Source of the DNA: Candidatus Thalassarchaeum sp.
GTDB lineage: Archaea; Thermoplasmatota; Poseidoniia; Poseidoniales; Thalassarchaeaceae
Reading direction: 5' to 3'
DNA: 64,000 nucleotides
NCBI GenBank assembly: GCA_045559735.1
Contig: JBJLJN010000014.1
Coordinates: 15,451 to 79,450 of the forward strand
The translations under genes were made by a program, and so were the position numbers. The first letter of the stretch is position 1, and every line of letters starts with the position of its first letter. The notes beneath the pieces were generated by a model. The model did not search any database, was not told the DNA's origin, and saw only the letters and a list, made by a program, of their open reading frames with translations. Below, one piece after another: positions 30,927 through 41,158 of this stretch.

Positions 30927-31469
30927 GTGCTGATTGGGCTGACCGGGCGCTACGCCTCTGGGAAGACCACCGTATTGAACTGGCTTGAGGACAAGGGTTT
31001 CCTCGCAGTTTCCTGCTCGGATTCAATCCGTGCTTGGCTGGCCGAGGAAGGAATAGAAGAGAGCAGGGATTCGTTGATTGAAGGTGGAAGGGAGCTGCGT
31101 CGGAGAGGTGGTCCGGGAATCCTCGCAGAGATGCTTCTAGAGAGGCTTTCGGGCAGTGAAGCAGTTATCGATTCCATTCGTACTCCTGGAGAAGTAGAAG
31201 CACTTCGCTCTCGGGACGATTTTGTGTTGATTGAAGTCAGAGCGGGCCGAGACTCTCGCTGGGAGCGTTCTCAGGAGCGAGGTCGAACAGGAGATCCAGG
31301 CGACAAGAAGACTTTCATCGCTCAGGAGAAATCCGAGGAAGTGGCTTTCGATGAGGCAGGGCAGGCCCTGATTGCGACTGCCAAGATGGCTGATCTGGTG
31401 TTGTTCAACAACGGTTCGATTGAGGATTTGCACTCAGACTTGGAAGAGATGCTGGGGCAGCTGTCCTAA
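30927..31469 (+). CDS. P-loop nucleotide kinase (dephospho-CoA/dNMP kinase-like)
   Basis: IGLTGRYASGKT, SD.IR, VIDSIR and NNGS motifs. Confidence 0.8.
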   Translation: MLIGLTGRYASGKTTVLNWLEDKGFLAVSCSDSIRAWLAEEGIEESRDSLIEGGRELRRRGGPGILAEMLLERLSGSEAVIDSIRTPGEVEALRSRDDFVLIEVRAGRDSRWERSQERGRTGDPGDKKTFIAQEKSEEVAFDEAGQALIATAKMADLVLFNNGSIEDLHSDLEEMLGQLS

Positions 31470-31903
31470 GCCTGCCTGACCTTGACTCCGGCTTCCTCCA
31501 TCATCGATGATGCCGTCGAGAAGTCGTCCTGCCATCTCTCTGGGATGTCGATTTCGTCCGGATAGACTACCTCAGAGACGCCTGCTTGGATGAGTGATCT
31601 GGTGCATCTCGAGCAGGGTGGCCATGTGACGTATGCAGTGTTGCCCTTGAGCGAAATCCCTGTTCTGGCCGCATGCATAATCGCGTTCTCCTCGGCGTGG
31701 CAGATGAGAGGGTACTTCTGATTCCTGTCTGAAAGTCTCTCCTCATCGTCCTCAATGCCACGTGGGAAGCCGTTGAATCCGGTTGAGCGAATCTCTCTGT
31801 CCTCGCCGACAACAACACAACCAACCTTTGTGGAAGGGTCCTTGCTCCAAGTGGAGATGTGCGCGGCTAGGTCGAGGAATCTCTTGTCCCACTTCTCGCT
31901 CAT
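31466..31903 (-). CDS. dCMP deaminase
   Basis: WSKDPSTKVG, TGFNG, HAEEN and PCSRC motifs. Confidence 0.93.
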   Translation of the reverse strand: MSEKWDKRFLDLAAHISTWSKDPSTKVGCVVVGEDREIRSTGFNGFPRGIEDDEERLSDRNQKYPLICHAEENAIMHAARTGISLKGNTAYVTWPPCSRCTRSLIQAGVSEVVYPDEIDIPERWQDDFSTASSMMEEAGVKVRQA

Positions 31904-31912
31904 GCTTACACC

Positions 31913-32236
31913 TCAGGGTCGGCCACCGGGTGGGTCGTTATCTCGGTTCGCCTCCGTCCTGCTAGGGTCGTAACCCTCCCAGACTGAGGGATTTGAGTAG
32001 CAGTCGGGATCATCCTCGTCTGCCTGTCCTCCCTTGTCATTGTCAATACCATCACCGCAGTTGCCCTCCGAAGCGGTCGATTTGGGTAGGATGCTGTCGA
32101 CTCCTCCACCTGAGACAAAGACAATCAGTAGACCCATGAGAACGACGGTGAGTCCGGCAAGAATAACTTTCGAAGCGGAGTCCTTGGACTCGACTACGAC
32201 TTTTACTTCGACCTTGTCATCGGACTTCTCAGTCAT
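31913..32236 (-). CDS. Small single-TM protein with a CxDGxDNDxxGxxDxxDPDC motif
   Basis: TM segment followed by CGDGIDNDKGGQADEDDPDC. Confidence 0.75.
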   Translation of the reverse strand: MTEKSDDKVEVKVVVESKDSASKVILAGLTVVLMGLLIVFVSGGGVDSILPKSTASEGNCGDGIDNDKGGQADEDDPDCYSNPSVWEGYDPSRTEANRDNDPPGGRP

Positions 32237-32275
32237 GCTACACAAGAGTCACCGAAAGTCATCATACTTGGGTTC

Positions 32276-33487
32276 TTAGTGGACAGTCAAGACTTCCCAA
32301 AGGTCCCATCCGTGGATGTCTACCATGTATCTAAAGAGGTCTCCAACCAGATATACGCTGCCTATCACCATGAGATTACAGCCGTTGTCTGCTGCCATTC
32401 CTGTCGCCATTGAGAAGGCCTCCATAGGGTTCTCATGAGTGGCATCAGGCTCACTTATGCCCAAACTACTCATCGTCTCCTCCAACTCCTCAATCGTGAC
32501 TGCTCTGTTACGTCCACTGATTGGTTGGGTGAGCACTAAGCCTTGGAAGAGCGGGTTTGAGCGAAGCTCACTGGCAAGCGGGGCGAGAGTTTCACTCAGG
32601 TTGCTCTTGGCTGTCATACCGAGCATTAGCACGCATTTCTTGTCCACCTGAGACAGATCTTTAGCCAGACTCTCGGCATTGTGAGCAGCGCTGATTCGAG
32701 TCAAGATACCCTCAACCCAGTCTTGGCCGAAGTCGGGCGAGCGGCCCGGCCAGACGCATTTGGATGAACTTGATGACCATCCAAGGATTGCGGCTGCTTC
32801 CCTCACCATGGACGTATAGCCATCCCATGGAGTTGGGGCCTCATTTAACCACCATCTGAGGTCGGGACCTGCTATCTCTTCGATTGTTTTCCTCACCATC
32901 GCGTCCTCATGCGCCATAGCAATCATTGGGACTCCTGATCGATGGATAGATGCCTTCTCGAAGGCAATTTCCTGAAGAGAATCGCCAAGGAATTCGCTGT
33001 GCTCCATCGACACGGTAGTCAGGAAGCAAAGATCCGCATCAACAAGTCTAGTAGCATCGAGCCTTCCCCCCATCCCAGTCTCAATAATGCCCCTTTCCAC
33101 CCCAGCCTCACTGAAAGCCAGCATGGCTGCTATGAAGGTGGTCTCGAAGTATGTTGGGCTGCATTCAGGCTGCTGCTCTGAGACCTGTCGAACTTTAGCC
33201 AAATGCCTGTCGAAGTCATCTGGTGTAATCGGTCTTCCATTGATTCTGATGCGTTCCTCGACTGTTACGAGATGAGGTGAGGTGAACAAACCGGTCATCA
33301 GACCACTTGCAGATGCTGCAGCGGAGAGTTGGACGCATAGCGAACCTTTGCCATTGCTGCCTGCAACGTGGATGGAGGGGAATTCGAGGTGTGGGTCGCC
33401 CAATCTTGATAGTAGGATCTGGCAGTTCTCCAAGCCAAGTTTCATTCCCATCGCTATACGCGAATCTAGCCATTCTCGCGGGTCGAT
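32276..33487 (-). CDS. folC: Folylpolyglutamate synthase/dihydrofolate synthase (start uncertain)
   Basis: KLGLE, HVAGSNGKGS, FTSPHL, ERI, ETGMGGRLDAT, AHN and GSVYLVG. Confidence 0.88.
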   Translation of the reverse strand: MDPREWLDSRIAMGMKLGLENCQILLSRLGDPHLEFPSIHVAGSNGKGSLCVQLSAAASASGLMTGLFTSPHLVTVEERIRINGRPITPDDFDRHLAKVRQVSEQQPECSPTYFETTFIAAMLAFSEAGVERGIIETGMGGRLDATRLVDADLCFLTTVSMEHSEFLGDSLQEIAFEKASIHRSGVPMIAMAHEDAMVRKTIEEIAGPDLRWWLNEAPTPWDGYTSMVREAAAILGWSSSSSKCVWPGRSPDFGQDWVEGILTRISAAHNAESLAKDLSQVDKKCVLMLGMTAKSNLSETLAPLASELRSNPLFQGLVLTQPISGRNRAVTIEELEETMSSLGISEPDATHENPMEAFSMATGMAADNGCNLMVIGSVYLVGDLFRYMVDIHGWDLWEVLTVH

Positions 33488-33561
33488 ACTGATTCCACCT
33501 GCACTATTACTGCTGTGCGTGAACGGGTCAAGGTGATATGGCCCATGAAGTTCGTGGGAGC

Positions 33562-34620
33562 ATGGATGGTGAGTCGGGGAGTATCTTGGAGCTGATGAGC
33601 CAACAGTGGGCTTCGATGTTGAGCATGGCTGGGATGTTTGTCGGGACAATTCTACTGGGCCTCAGCATCCAGCCGCTATACGATATCCCTGAGGCGCGTG
33701 CATTTGGCGATGAAGGTGCATCGAAGGGTGGTTATGTCGCTATGGAGATGATTTTCATCCTGATCTTTACCGTAATCATAATCTGGCTCGCGCGCAAGGG
33801 GTTGGACTACATCATCAAAGGAATAGTGATTCTCGCCTTGGGGATGAGTCTGTTCTACATCCTGCTCCCTTACATCTCACTGTTTTACTATCTGCTTGGG
33901 ATTTATTCGCCTAATTTAGTGCTAGCATCAGCGATACTGGCCAGTATATCTCTGATGGTCCTGCTTGTGAAGTATCCCGAATGGTATGTGGTCAATACTG
34001 TAGGCGTCTTAGTAGGTGCTGGCGTAATCACTCTGATTGGAGTCTCATTCGTCCCCGTTCTGATTATCGCTTTCATGATAGCAGCAGCAATCTATGACCA
34101 CTGGGCGGTCAATAGCAGCAAGCACATGCTCGAACTTGCTGATACCATGATCAAGAACAAGCTACCCGTGCTTCTGGTGGCTCCGAAGGAAAGGGGATAT
34201 TCATTCATAGAAGAGGAAGACAGTGTGATGAGCAGCGAGATTCCCGAAGAGATGGACTGGGAAGATCCTGCTCCGAATACCAAGCCGAAGAAGGGGGGAA
34301 GAGATGCTTTGTTCATGGGCCTGGGAGATGTAATCTTCCCTGGCATGCTGGTAATCTCAGCGGTCTCATTTCTGCCAGAGACCGGAGCAGAGATCAGCAC
34401 CATCTGGGGAATTCCGATGTATGGAGATGCACTGGCAGTCGGCCTTGGCACTCTGTTTGGCGGATTGTGTGGATATGTTGCTCTCATGGCTCAAGTGGCG
34501 CGCGGACAGGCTCAGGCGGGGTTGCCACTGCTCAACGGGGGCAGCATTCTGGGCTACCTGATTTCGGGAATCATCTTCCTAGGTCCGGCCGCTCTGTGGC
34601 AGGACGTGTCTTTCCTGTGA
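33562..34620 (+). CDS. Presenilin/signal-peptide-peptidase-like aspartyl intramembrane protease (A22)
   Basis: IYD, GLGD and AGLP (PAL-equivalent) motifs; about 9 TMs. Confidence 0.9.
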   Translation: MDGESGSILELMSQQWASMLSMAGMFVGTILLGLSIQPLYDIPEARAFGDEGASKGGYVAMEMIFILIFTVIIIWLARKGLDYIIKGIVILALGMSLFYILLPYISLFYYLLGIYSPNLVLASAILASISLMVLLVKYPEWYVVNTVGVLVGAGVITLIGVSFVPVLIIAFMIAAAIYDHWAVNSSKHMLELADTMIKNKLPVLLVAPKERGYSFIEEEDSVMSSEIPEEMDWEDPAPNTKPKKGGRDALFMGLGDVIFPGMLVISAVSFLPETGAEISTIWGIPMYGDALAVGLGTLFGGLCGYVALMAQVARGQAQAGLPLLNGGSILGYLISGIIFLGPAALWQDVSFL

Positions 34621-34673
34621 CTAATCGTCCGATTGGTTGAAGGCTCGCTGACCGGCCCCTCAGGTTGGTCATA

Positions 34674-35954
34674 ATGCTAGACATCAGCATGTTCAGGGAG
34701 CACTCGGATGTCATCCGAGCCGACCATGACAGGCGTGGAATGAGTCACGAAGACATAGACGAGGTCATCAGGCTCGACGAGGAGTGGCGAAAGGCCAGAT
34801 ACGAAGTTGACCAACTGAGGAAGTCTCGGAACGATGCGGCTAGAGGAATCGCCGGGGCCAAAAAGTCGGGTGATTCTGAGGCTGCAGATAAAATTCTGGC
34901 AGAGGTCGCTAACATAGGCTCTCAGATAGACGAGTTGTCGGAACTCTCAGACGAATATCTCGCCAAGAGAGATATCCTGAGGATGAGCATCCCGAACATC
35001 CTGCACGATGCGGTACCTATCGGAGAAGATGATCAAAAGAACACCCTGCACAGCATGCACGGTGAGAAAATTGAACTCGGTTTCGAGCCTAAGAATCATA
35101 ACGACCTGATTGAGATGAACGATTGGGTCGACCAAGCCAGAGGAGCCAAGGTGGCAGGTAGTAGGTTCTACTTCCTCCAAGGTGACTTAGCTAGGCTCGA
35201 GATGGCTTTACAGCAATACGGCGCTGACTTCCTGATGCAGCGTGGATACACTCTCGTGCAACCACCACTGATGATGAACAGGGAGGCATATGAGGGAGTG
35301 ACCGACCTTGCAGACTTTGAGACCGTGATGTACGGGATAGAGCCTGACAAGTACTACCTCATCGCAACCAGTGAGCACCCGCTAACCGCTATGCGGATGG
35401 ACGAGATAATCGAGCCCAGTGAACTGCCAATCAAACTGGTCGGAGTCTCTGCCTGCTTCCGTCGTGAAGTCGGAGCACACGGACTTTCCGACAGGGGGAT
35501 TTGGAGGGTTCACCAGTTCACCAAAGTCGAGCAGATTGTCATTTCTCATCCTGATGACTCATGGGGCCATCACGAGGATTTGTTGACTAACGCTGTAGAC
35601 ATGTGGGACAGTCTTGGTTTGCATTATCGGGTGGTCAACATATGCACCGGCGACATGGGGACAGTGGCCGCTCGGAAATACGACCTAGAGGCCTGGCTTC
35701 CGGGAGCTGGGCAATACAAGGAGGTGGTCTCCTGCTCCAATTGCACCGACTATCAAGCCAATCGGCTTAGGATGAGATATCGCACATCAGAGGGTAACGA
35801 GGCCGTTCACACTCTGAACTCAACCGCAATCGCTACCAGTCGCGCTCTGGTTGCAATCATGGAGCAGAATCAGACCGAGGATGGTCGTGTGTCAATCCCC
35901 GAGATTCTTCGACCGTATATGGGAGGACAGGAGTTCCTCGAACCGCTTCACTGA
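34674..35954 (+). CDS. serS: Seryl-tRNA synthetase
   Basis: MLDI N-terminus, coiled-coil arm, ATSE, FRREVG, HQFTKVE, EVVSCSNC and HTLN. Confidence 0.97.
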   Translation: MLDISMFREHSDVIRADHDRRGMSHEDIDEVIRLDEEWRKARYEVDQLRKSRNDAARGIAGAKKSGDSEAADKILAEVANIGSQIDELSELSDEYLAKRDILRMSIPNILHDAVPIGEDDQKNTLHSMHGEKIELGFEPKNHNDLIEMNDWVDQARGAKVAGSRFYFLQGDLARLEMALQQYGADFLMQRGYTLVQPPLMMNREAYEGVTDLADFETVMYGIEPDKYYLIATSEHPLTAMRMDEIIEPSELPIKLVGVSACFRREVGAHGLSDRGIWRVHQFTKVEQIVISHPDDSWGHHEDLLTNAVDMWDSLGLHYRVVNICTGDMGTVAARKYDLEAWLPGAGQYKEVVSCSNCTDYQANRLRMRYRTSEGNEAVHTLNSTAIATSRALVAIMEQNQTEDGRVSIPEILRPYMGGQEFLEPLH

Positions 35955-36535
35955 TCAGGTTCCTTCTTCTTCCGATTCATCCTTACCAGCAGGGCCACCA
36001 CTAGGATTACTACGAAGGCAGAGAGGACGGGGACCAGTATTGCAATCAGGGTCAGTGCGACGCTGGCTACATTCTCACCAGTAGCAACAGCTGAATTACC
36101 CAGCCCGAAGGTGAAAGTAGAACTCAGTCCTCTAGTTGCCACAGTGGCTGATTGGATGGTAGCGGAAACTCCTCCGCCAGCGACCACAGCTATGGCCCAT
36201 TGGATGATTGGGTCTGTTCCCTCAAGGACAATTGCTGTCATCGAGATTCCTGCGAGAATAGAGGCAGGGGTGGCCACGGTATCCAAGGCGTTGTCAATCC
36301 ATGGCACATAGTAGCCAGCAAATTCAGCTATGGTAGCTATACCAAGTATGATAATTGCGAGAGTAGAGGTGAAGAACTCGAACTGAGTACCGGCCAGATT
36401 GAGATCGAGGAACCAAATCAGGTCGAATCTGGCTACGATAGAAAGAAGGAAGGGAGGCAAGAATACCCTGAATCCAGATGCTGCTGATAGGCTGATTCCC
36501 ATAAGAATAGCCATCAGTACGGCGAAACCTTCCAT
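35948..36535 (-). CDS. DUF4126-like membrane protein
   Basis: GISLSAASGFRVFLP, E...YVPWIDNALD and R..S..T.GLGN...TGEN. Confidence 0.85.
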   Translation of the reverse strand: MEGFAVLMAILMGISLSAASGFRVFLPPFLLSIVARFDLIWFLDLNLAGTQFEFFTSTLAIIILGIATIAEFAGYYVPWIDNALDTVATPASILAGISMTAIVLEGTDPIIQWAIAVVAGGGVSATIQSATVATRGLSSTFTFGLGNSAVATGENVASVALTLIAILVPVLSAFVVILVVALLVRMNRKKKEPDQ

Positions 36536-36614
36536 GGTGCTTCGATGTGGTCACCCTGTATTAATGAGACCGGGTTTCATCTATATTTGTTGCATAGAGT
36601 ACCCTTTGATTCAA

Positions 36615-37115
36615 CTAATCGCCCAACTCTACTAATGTCGCACCCATATCGACTCTGTCTCCTTCTGAGAAGTTGAGTACAACTACTTCGCCTGCCTTCG
36701 GTGCTTGGATGCGGTGCTCCATCTTCATCGCCTCCATCACCAACAGTGTCTGCCCCTCGCGAACTCTCTGTCCTGCCTTCACATGAATCTCGAGTATGGT
36801 GCCAGGCATCGGAGCTGTTAGACCACCTTCTCCTGACGAATCACCTGCACTACCTGGTTCGTGTCCTGTCACCACGTGGATTCTCCCATCGAGGTGAATC
36901 CACCAGTCATCTACCACCTTGGTGACATGAGCGATGTGTGCCGAGCCATCAATCTCGACAAGGAGTCGGTTTACCTGAGCATCTCGGGCGATGCTGATCT
37001 CTCCGTGTGTCTGCTCCTGCCCTTCGGCTGTGAATCCAGCTAAGTTCAGAGTACCCTCTGAATCGGATAGTTTGGCCGTATATCGAATGCTGGATTCTTT
37101 GATACTCCACTCCAT
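36615..37115 (-). CDS. Biotin carboxyl carrier protein with N-terminal beta domain
   Basis: APMPG and EAMKME biotinylation motif. Confidence 0.93.
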   Translation of the reverse strand: MEWSIKESSIRYTAKLSDSEGTLNLAGFTAEGQEQTHGEISIARDAQVNRLLVEIDGSAHIAHVTKVVDDWWIHLDGRIHVVTGHEPGSAGDSSGEGGLTAPMPGTILEIHVKAGQRVREGQTLLVMEAMKMEHRIQAPKAGEVVVLNFSEGDRVDMGATLVELGD

Positions 37116-37123
37116 CCTATCAC

Positions 37124-38659
37124 CTATGGGAAAGACCTCGTCAAGGTCGTGAATGGGTCACCAGCGTGTCCCGTGTGCTCGTCAACTATTGCCCCGTCTG
37201 CACCCGCCGGGCCGGCCCGATCCAGTCCGAAACGCCTCGCTGCGGCTGCGATTGCAACCAGTGTGGCGGAATCCGGTTCGGGTTCTGCGAACTTCGAGAT
37301 ATCTGTTAAATCAAGATAATCGGTGGTTATTGCGCCAGAGACGAAGTCTGGGTGTGTGGTCATCTGGCGGAGGAATCCGATGTTTGTGATTACGCCCAGA
37401 GCGCGTAGGTCGGAGAGTGCATTGTACAGGCGTCGTGCTGCCGCGGTACGCGTCGGTGCATGAACAATCAGCTTGGCAAGCATCGGATCGAAATCTACTG
37501 TAACTGAATCTCCTTCGCGAACACCAGTGTCCACTCTGATACCCGGTCCTGCAGGTGCTCTCCACATCGCTAGGTCGCCTATTGCCGGCAGGAAGCCCTT
37601 GCTCGGGTCCTCGGCATAGATTCGAGCTTCCATTGAGTGGCCTGTGATGCCGATGTCCGATTGAGTCAGGCCCAGAGGCATCCCTGAGGCCACCTCAAAC
37701 TGCTTGAGAACGAGATCGACACCAGTAATCATCTCGGTGACGGGATGCTCGACTTGCAGGCGTGTGTTCATCTCAAGAAAGAAGAAATCCCCCCTGTCAG
37801 AAAGTAGGAACTCGACTGTTCCAGCACCTTCGTAATCTACTGCCTGAGCTGCCCTGACTGCAGCCGCTCCCATGGCTTCTCTCAGGTTGGCGTTGACAAC
37901 TGGCGAGGGGGCCTCCTCGATTACCTTCTGATGTCTGCGTTGCAGGGAGCAGTCCCGCTCGTTGAGATGGATGCAGTTGCCATGTGAGTCTGCCAGAATT
38001 TGGATCTCGATGTGTCTCGCTCCAACCAGCAGCCTCTCGACATAGATTGTCCCGTCACCAAATGCCGCTGAGGCTTCTCTGGATGCGGCCTCGTACTCGG
38101 TTCTGAGCATCTTCGGCTCGCTTACCGCTCTCATTCCCTTGCCGCCCCCACCGGCACTTGCCTTGAGCAAGAGAGGATATCCCACTCTAGCAGCACAAGC
38201 GGCCAACTGGCCGAGGTGATCGGCACCATCGGGAACTGAGAGCTCCTCGCCAGGTATCACCGGCACGCCTGATTCCATCATCTTCGATCTAGCTGAGATC
38301 TTGTCCCCCATCATTGAGATGGCCCCTGGAGGAGGGCCGATCCAGACCAAGCCTGCTTGCTTCACAGCAGAAGCAAAGTTGGCCCTCTCAGAGAGGAATC
38401 CGTATCCAGGATGTATGGCCTGTGCACCACTGCTAACAGCGGCAGCTATGATGGCATCTGAGTTGAGGTAAGTCTCGGATAGAGTATCTCCGGGCAGGTG
38501 GACTGCTTCATCGGCCACCTCCACATGCAAGGCCTTAGAATCTGCATCAGAAAATACAGCCACGCCTCTGAGTCCAGCTTCTCTAGCTGCAGTCAGAATC
38601 CTGACAGCAATCTCGCCTCTGTTGGCGACCAGTACTGCTTCAAAGGGTAGCTCGCTCAT
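37124..38659 (-). CDS. Biotin carboxylase subunit (methylcrotonyl-CoA carboxylase alpha-like)
   Basis: ANRGEIA, HPGYGFLSE, GGGGKGM, RDCSLQRR and EMNTRLQVEH. Confidence 0.94.
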   Translation of the reverse strand: MSELPFEAVLVANRGEIAVRILTAAREAGLRGVAVFSDADSKALHVEVADEAVHLPGDTLSETYLNSDAIIAAAVSSGAQAIHPGYGFLSERANFASAVKQAGLVWIGPPPGAISMMGDKISARSKMMESGVPVIPGEELSVPDGADHLGQLAACAARVGYPLLLKASAGGGGKGMRAVSEPKMLRTEYEAASREASAAFGDGTIYVERLLVGARHIEIQILADSHGNCIHLNERDCSLQRRHQKVIEEAPSPVVNANLREAMGAAAVRAAQAVDYEGAGTVEFLLSDRGDFFFLEMNTRLQVEHPVTEMITGVDLVLKQFEVASGMPLGLTQSDIGITGHSMEARIYAEDPSKGFLPAIGDLAMWRAPAGPGIRVDTGVREGDSVTVDFDPMLAKLIVHAPTRTAAARRLYNALSDLRALGVITNIGFLRQMTTHPDFVSGAITTDYLDLTDISKFAEPEPDSATLVAIAAAARRFGLDRAGPAGADGAIVDEHTGHAGDPFTTLTRSFP

Positions 38660-38661
38660 GC

Positions 38662-39528
38662 CTAACCTTCCCCGTCCCTCGACGCCCAATCCGGCGGACG
38701 CCTCTCTAGGAACGAGGAGAGGCCCTCCTGCCCCTCGTGAGATCCTCGCATCTCGCTGGTCTTGTCCAGAGTCCACTGTCTGAACTCTTCAAAGGAACCT
38801 GTCCAGGTGTCCAGTTTCTCTGACAGTCTCTTGGCCTCTGTCACCGCCATCGGACCACTGCTCATCAAATCGTCAATCACGGATCCAGCAATCGAATCGA
38901 AGTCGTCTGCCGAGTCGGCTATGCTATTGACCAAGCCTATTCTGAGCGCCTCGTCCGCTCCCACTCGGCTCGCAAGCATCGAGAGTCTTCGGAACTCAGC
39001 GCTGCCCACCTTACGATACACATAGGGCCCAATCACAGCTGGCAGGATACCTAACTTGGCCTCGGACAGCGCGATTCGGGTGTTCGGCTCAGCGATGACG
39101 TGATCGAGGCAAGATACCAGTCCCGCGCCCCCACCTAGCGCCACCCCCTGCACACAACCGATTGTGAAGCACGGGTGGGACCATAGGGTGTGGAAAAGTC
39201 TGTCCAATCTGCCTGAGTCGGTTCGGTTTTCTTCAGGAGTCTTTGAGCCTGCATCACGCATCATGTTGATGTCGGCTCCTGCGCAGAAGTGCTTGCCGGA
39301 AGAACGTAGGACGAGTACGCGGAGATATTCCGAACCGGATGAGTCGCGCAGAGAGCCCGTGGTACCTACTGAGCGTTGGGCCGTCCAGTCCAGAAACTCG
39401 GTGATCTCTGAAATCAACTGTATATTGAGGGCGTTGTATGCATCGACACGATCCATGGTGATAGTCGCAGTCGGGCCAGCAATGTCCAATCTGCACATGC
39501 TGCATTCAGGAACTGTGTCACCCATCAT
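38662..39528 (-). CDS. Enoyl-CoA hydratase family, probably methylglutaconyl-CoA hydratase
   Basis: FCAGAD, ALGGG, SEAKLGILP and EGQEG; position inside the MCC cluster. Confidence 0.85.
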   Translation of the reverse strand: MMGDTVPECSMCRLDIAGPTATITMDRVDAYNALNIQLISEITEFLDWTAQRSVGTTGSLRDSSGSEYLRVLVLRSSGKHFCAGADINMMRDAGSKTPEENRTDSGRLDRLFHTLWSHPCFTIGCVQGVALGGGAGLVSCLDHVIAEPNTRIALSEAKLGILPAVIGPYVYRKVGSAEFRRLSMLASRVGADEALRIGLVNSIADSADDFDSIAGSVIDDLMSSGPMAVTEAKRLSEKLDTWTGSFEEFRQWTLDKTSEMRGSHEGQEGLSSFLERRPPDWASRDGEG

Positions 39529-39532
39529 ATCC

Positions 39533-41092
39533 TCACATCCTGAATACTCCATAGTCCTGCTCAGGCATCTCTGCGTTGAGGCTTGCGGAGATACATAGGC
39601 CAATTACATCCCTAGTGTCCCTGGGGTCTATTACTCCGTCATCCCAGAGCCTAGCTGAGGAGTAGTAGGGGTTGCTCTCGTTCTCATACTTGCGCCTGAT
39701 CTCGTCAGGGTCTGCGTTACCCACTGTAGAGAGTACATCGGCAGCCTGCTCGCCGCCCATCACAGAGATTCTGGCATTCGGCCACATGAACAGAAATCTG
39801 GGATCATAGGCTCTCCCGCACATCCCATAGTTACCCGCACCGTGGGAGCCTCCAATGATGACTGTGAATTTCGGCACAGGAACGCAAGATACCGCGGTAA
39901 CCAACTTCGCTCCATCCTTGGCAATTCCACCCGACTCTGCCTCTCTACCAACCATGAATCCCGAGATGTTCTGTAGGAAAATGAGTGGGACTCCACGCTG
40001 TCCGCAGAGTTCGACGAAGTGAGCCCCTTTAAGCGCCGATTCTGAAAAGAGGATGCCGTTGTTGGCAACTATCCCTACCGGGTAGCCATGAATCTTTGCG
40101 AAGCCGCAGACCAGTGTGTTTCCGTAGCGCTGCTTAAACTCGTGGAAGCGGGAACCATCGACTATCCTTGAGATTACTTCTCTGACGTCGTATGGGGTCC
40201 TGTTATCCTGTGGAATCACTCCCAACAGGTCCTGAGGGTCGTGTGCTGGCTCCTCGGGCCGGGAGACATCAAGCCTGTGCTTGGGAGTGACATTCAGATT
40301 CTCGACGATATTGCGAACCATCCTAAGTGCCTCGGTCTCGTCCTCGGCGAAGTGATCAGCGACGCCTGACTCCCGTGTGTGCAGATCAGCCCCCCCGAGC
40401 TCCTCGGCCGTGACCTCCTCTCCGGTAGCCGACTTGACCAAAGGAGGCCCGGCGAGGAAGATGGTACCGTTGCCCCTGACAATGATTGATTCGTCGGACA
40501 TCGCTGGGATGTATGCACCTCCCGCTGTGCATGAGCCCAGCACTGCTGCGACTTGCGGGATTCCTTTGCTTGACAGGATTGCTTGGTTGCGGAATATGCG
40601 TCCGAAATGGAACTTGTCTGGAAACACCTCGTCCTGCATCGGCAGGAACGCCCCCCCTGAATCGACTAGGTAGATGCATGGTAGGTTATTCTCCTCAGCT
40701 ACCTCTTGTGCCCTGACATGCTTCTTGACTGTCATCGGGTAGTAAGAGCCCCCCTTGACGGTAGCATCGTTTGCAACGAACATACATTCCTTGCCGTGGA
40801 CAACACCGATTCCAGTGACTATGCCAGCAGAGTGTGCCCTGCCATCGTACAGCTCGTGGGCGGCGAGGCTTGACAGTTCTAGGAACGGTGTAGCTGGGTC
40901 GCAGATCTCAGTAATCCTCTCTCTAGGTAGGCTCTTGCCGCGTTCACGATGTCTCAGAACATACTTCTCACCGCCGCCTTCCTTGACTGAGTCAAGTGTC
41001 GATCTCAGTGTATTGCACAAGGTAGAATTGTGCTCTAAGCGAGAGGCAAAATCTGCGCTCTCTCGGTCAATCGTGGTTGGCAACCGGTCCAT
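39533..41092 (-). CDS. Methylcrotonyl-CoA carboxylase beta (carboxyltransferase) subunit
   Basis: [36 protein letters not shown] and SARLWDDG. Confidence 0.92.
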   Translation of the reverse strand: MDRLPTTIDRESADFASRLEHNSTLCNTLRSTLDSVKEGGGEKYVLRHRERGKSLPRERITEICDPATPFLELSSLAAHELYDGRAHSAGIVTGIGVVHGKECMFVANDATVKGGSYYPMTVKKHVRAQEVAEENNLPCIYLVDSGGAFLPMQDEVFPDKFHFGRIFRNQAILSSKGIPQVAAVLGSCTAGGAYIPAMSDESIIVRGNGTIFLAGPPLVKSATGEEVTAEELGGADLHTRESGVADHFAEDETEALRMVRNIVENLNVTPKHRLDVSRPEEPAHDPQDLLGVIPQDNRTPYDVREVISRIVDGSRFHEFKQRYGNTLVCGFAKIHGYPVGIVANNGILFSESALKGAHFVELCGQRGVPLIFLQNISGFMVGREAESGGIAKDGAKLVTAVSCVPVPKFTVIIGGSHGAGNYGMCGRAYDPRFLFMWPNARISVMGGEQAADVLSTVGNADPDEIRRKYENESNPYYSSARLWDDGVIDPRDTRDVIGLCISASLNAEMPEQDYGVFRM

Positions 41093-41158
41093 GCTCTATG
41101 CCAGCGAGGTAGCGAGTGGAACTTCAATTGAATGGAGTCGACATCAAAGATGTCGAAT

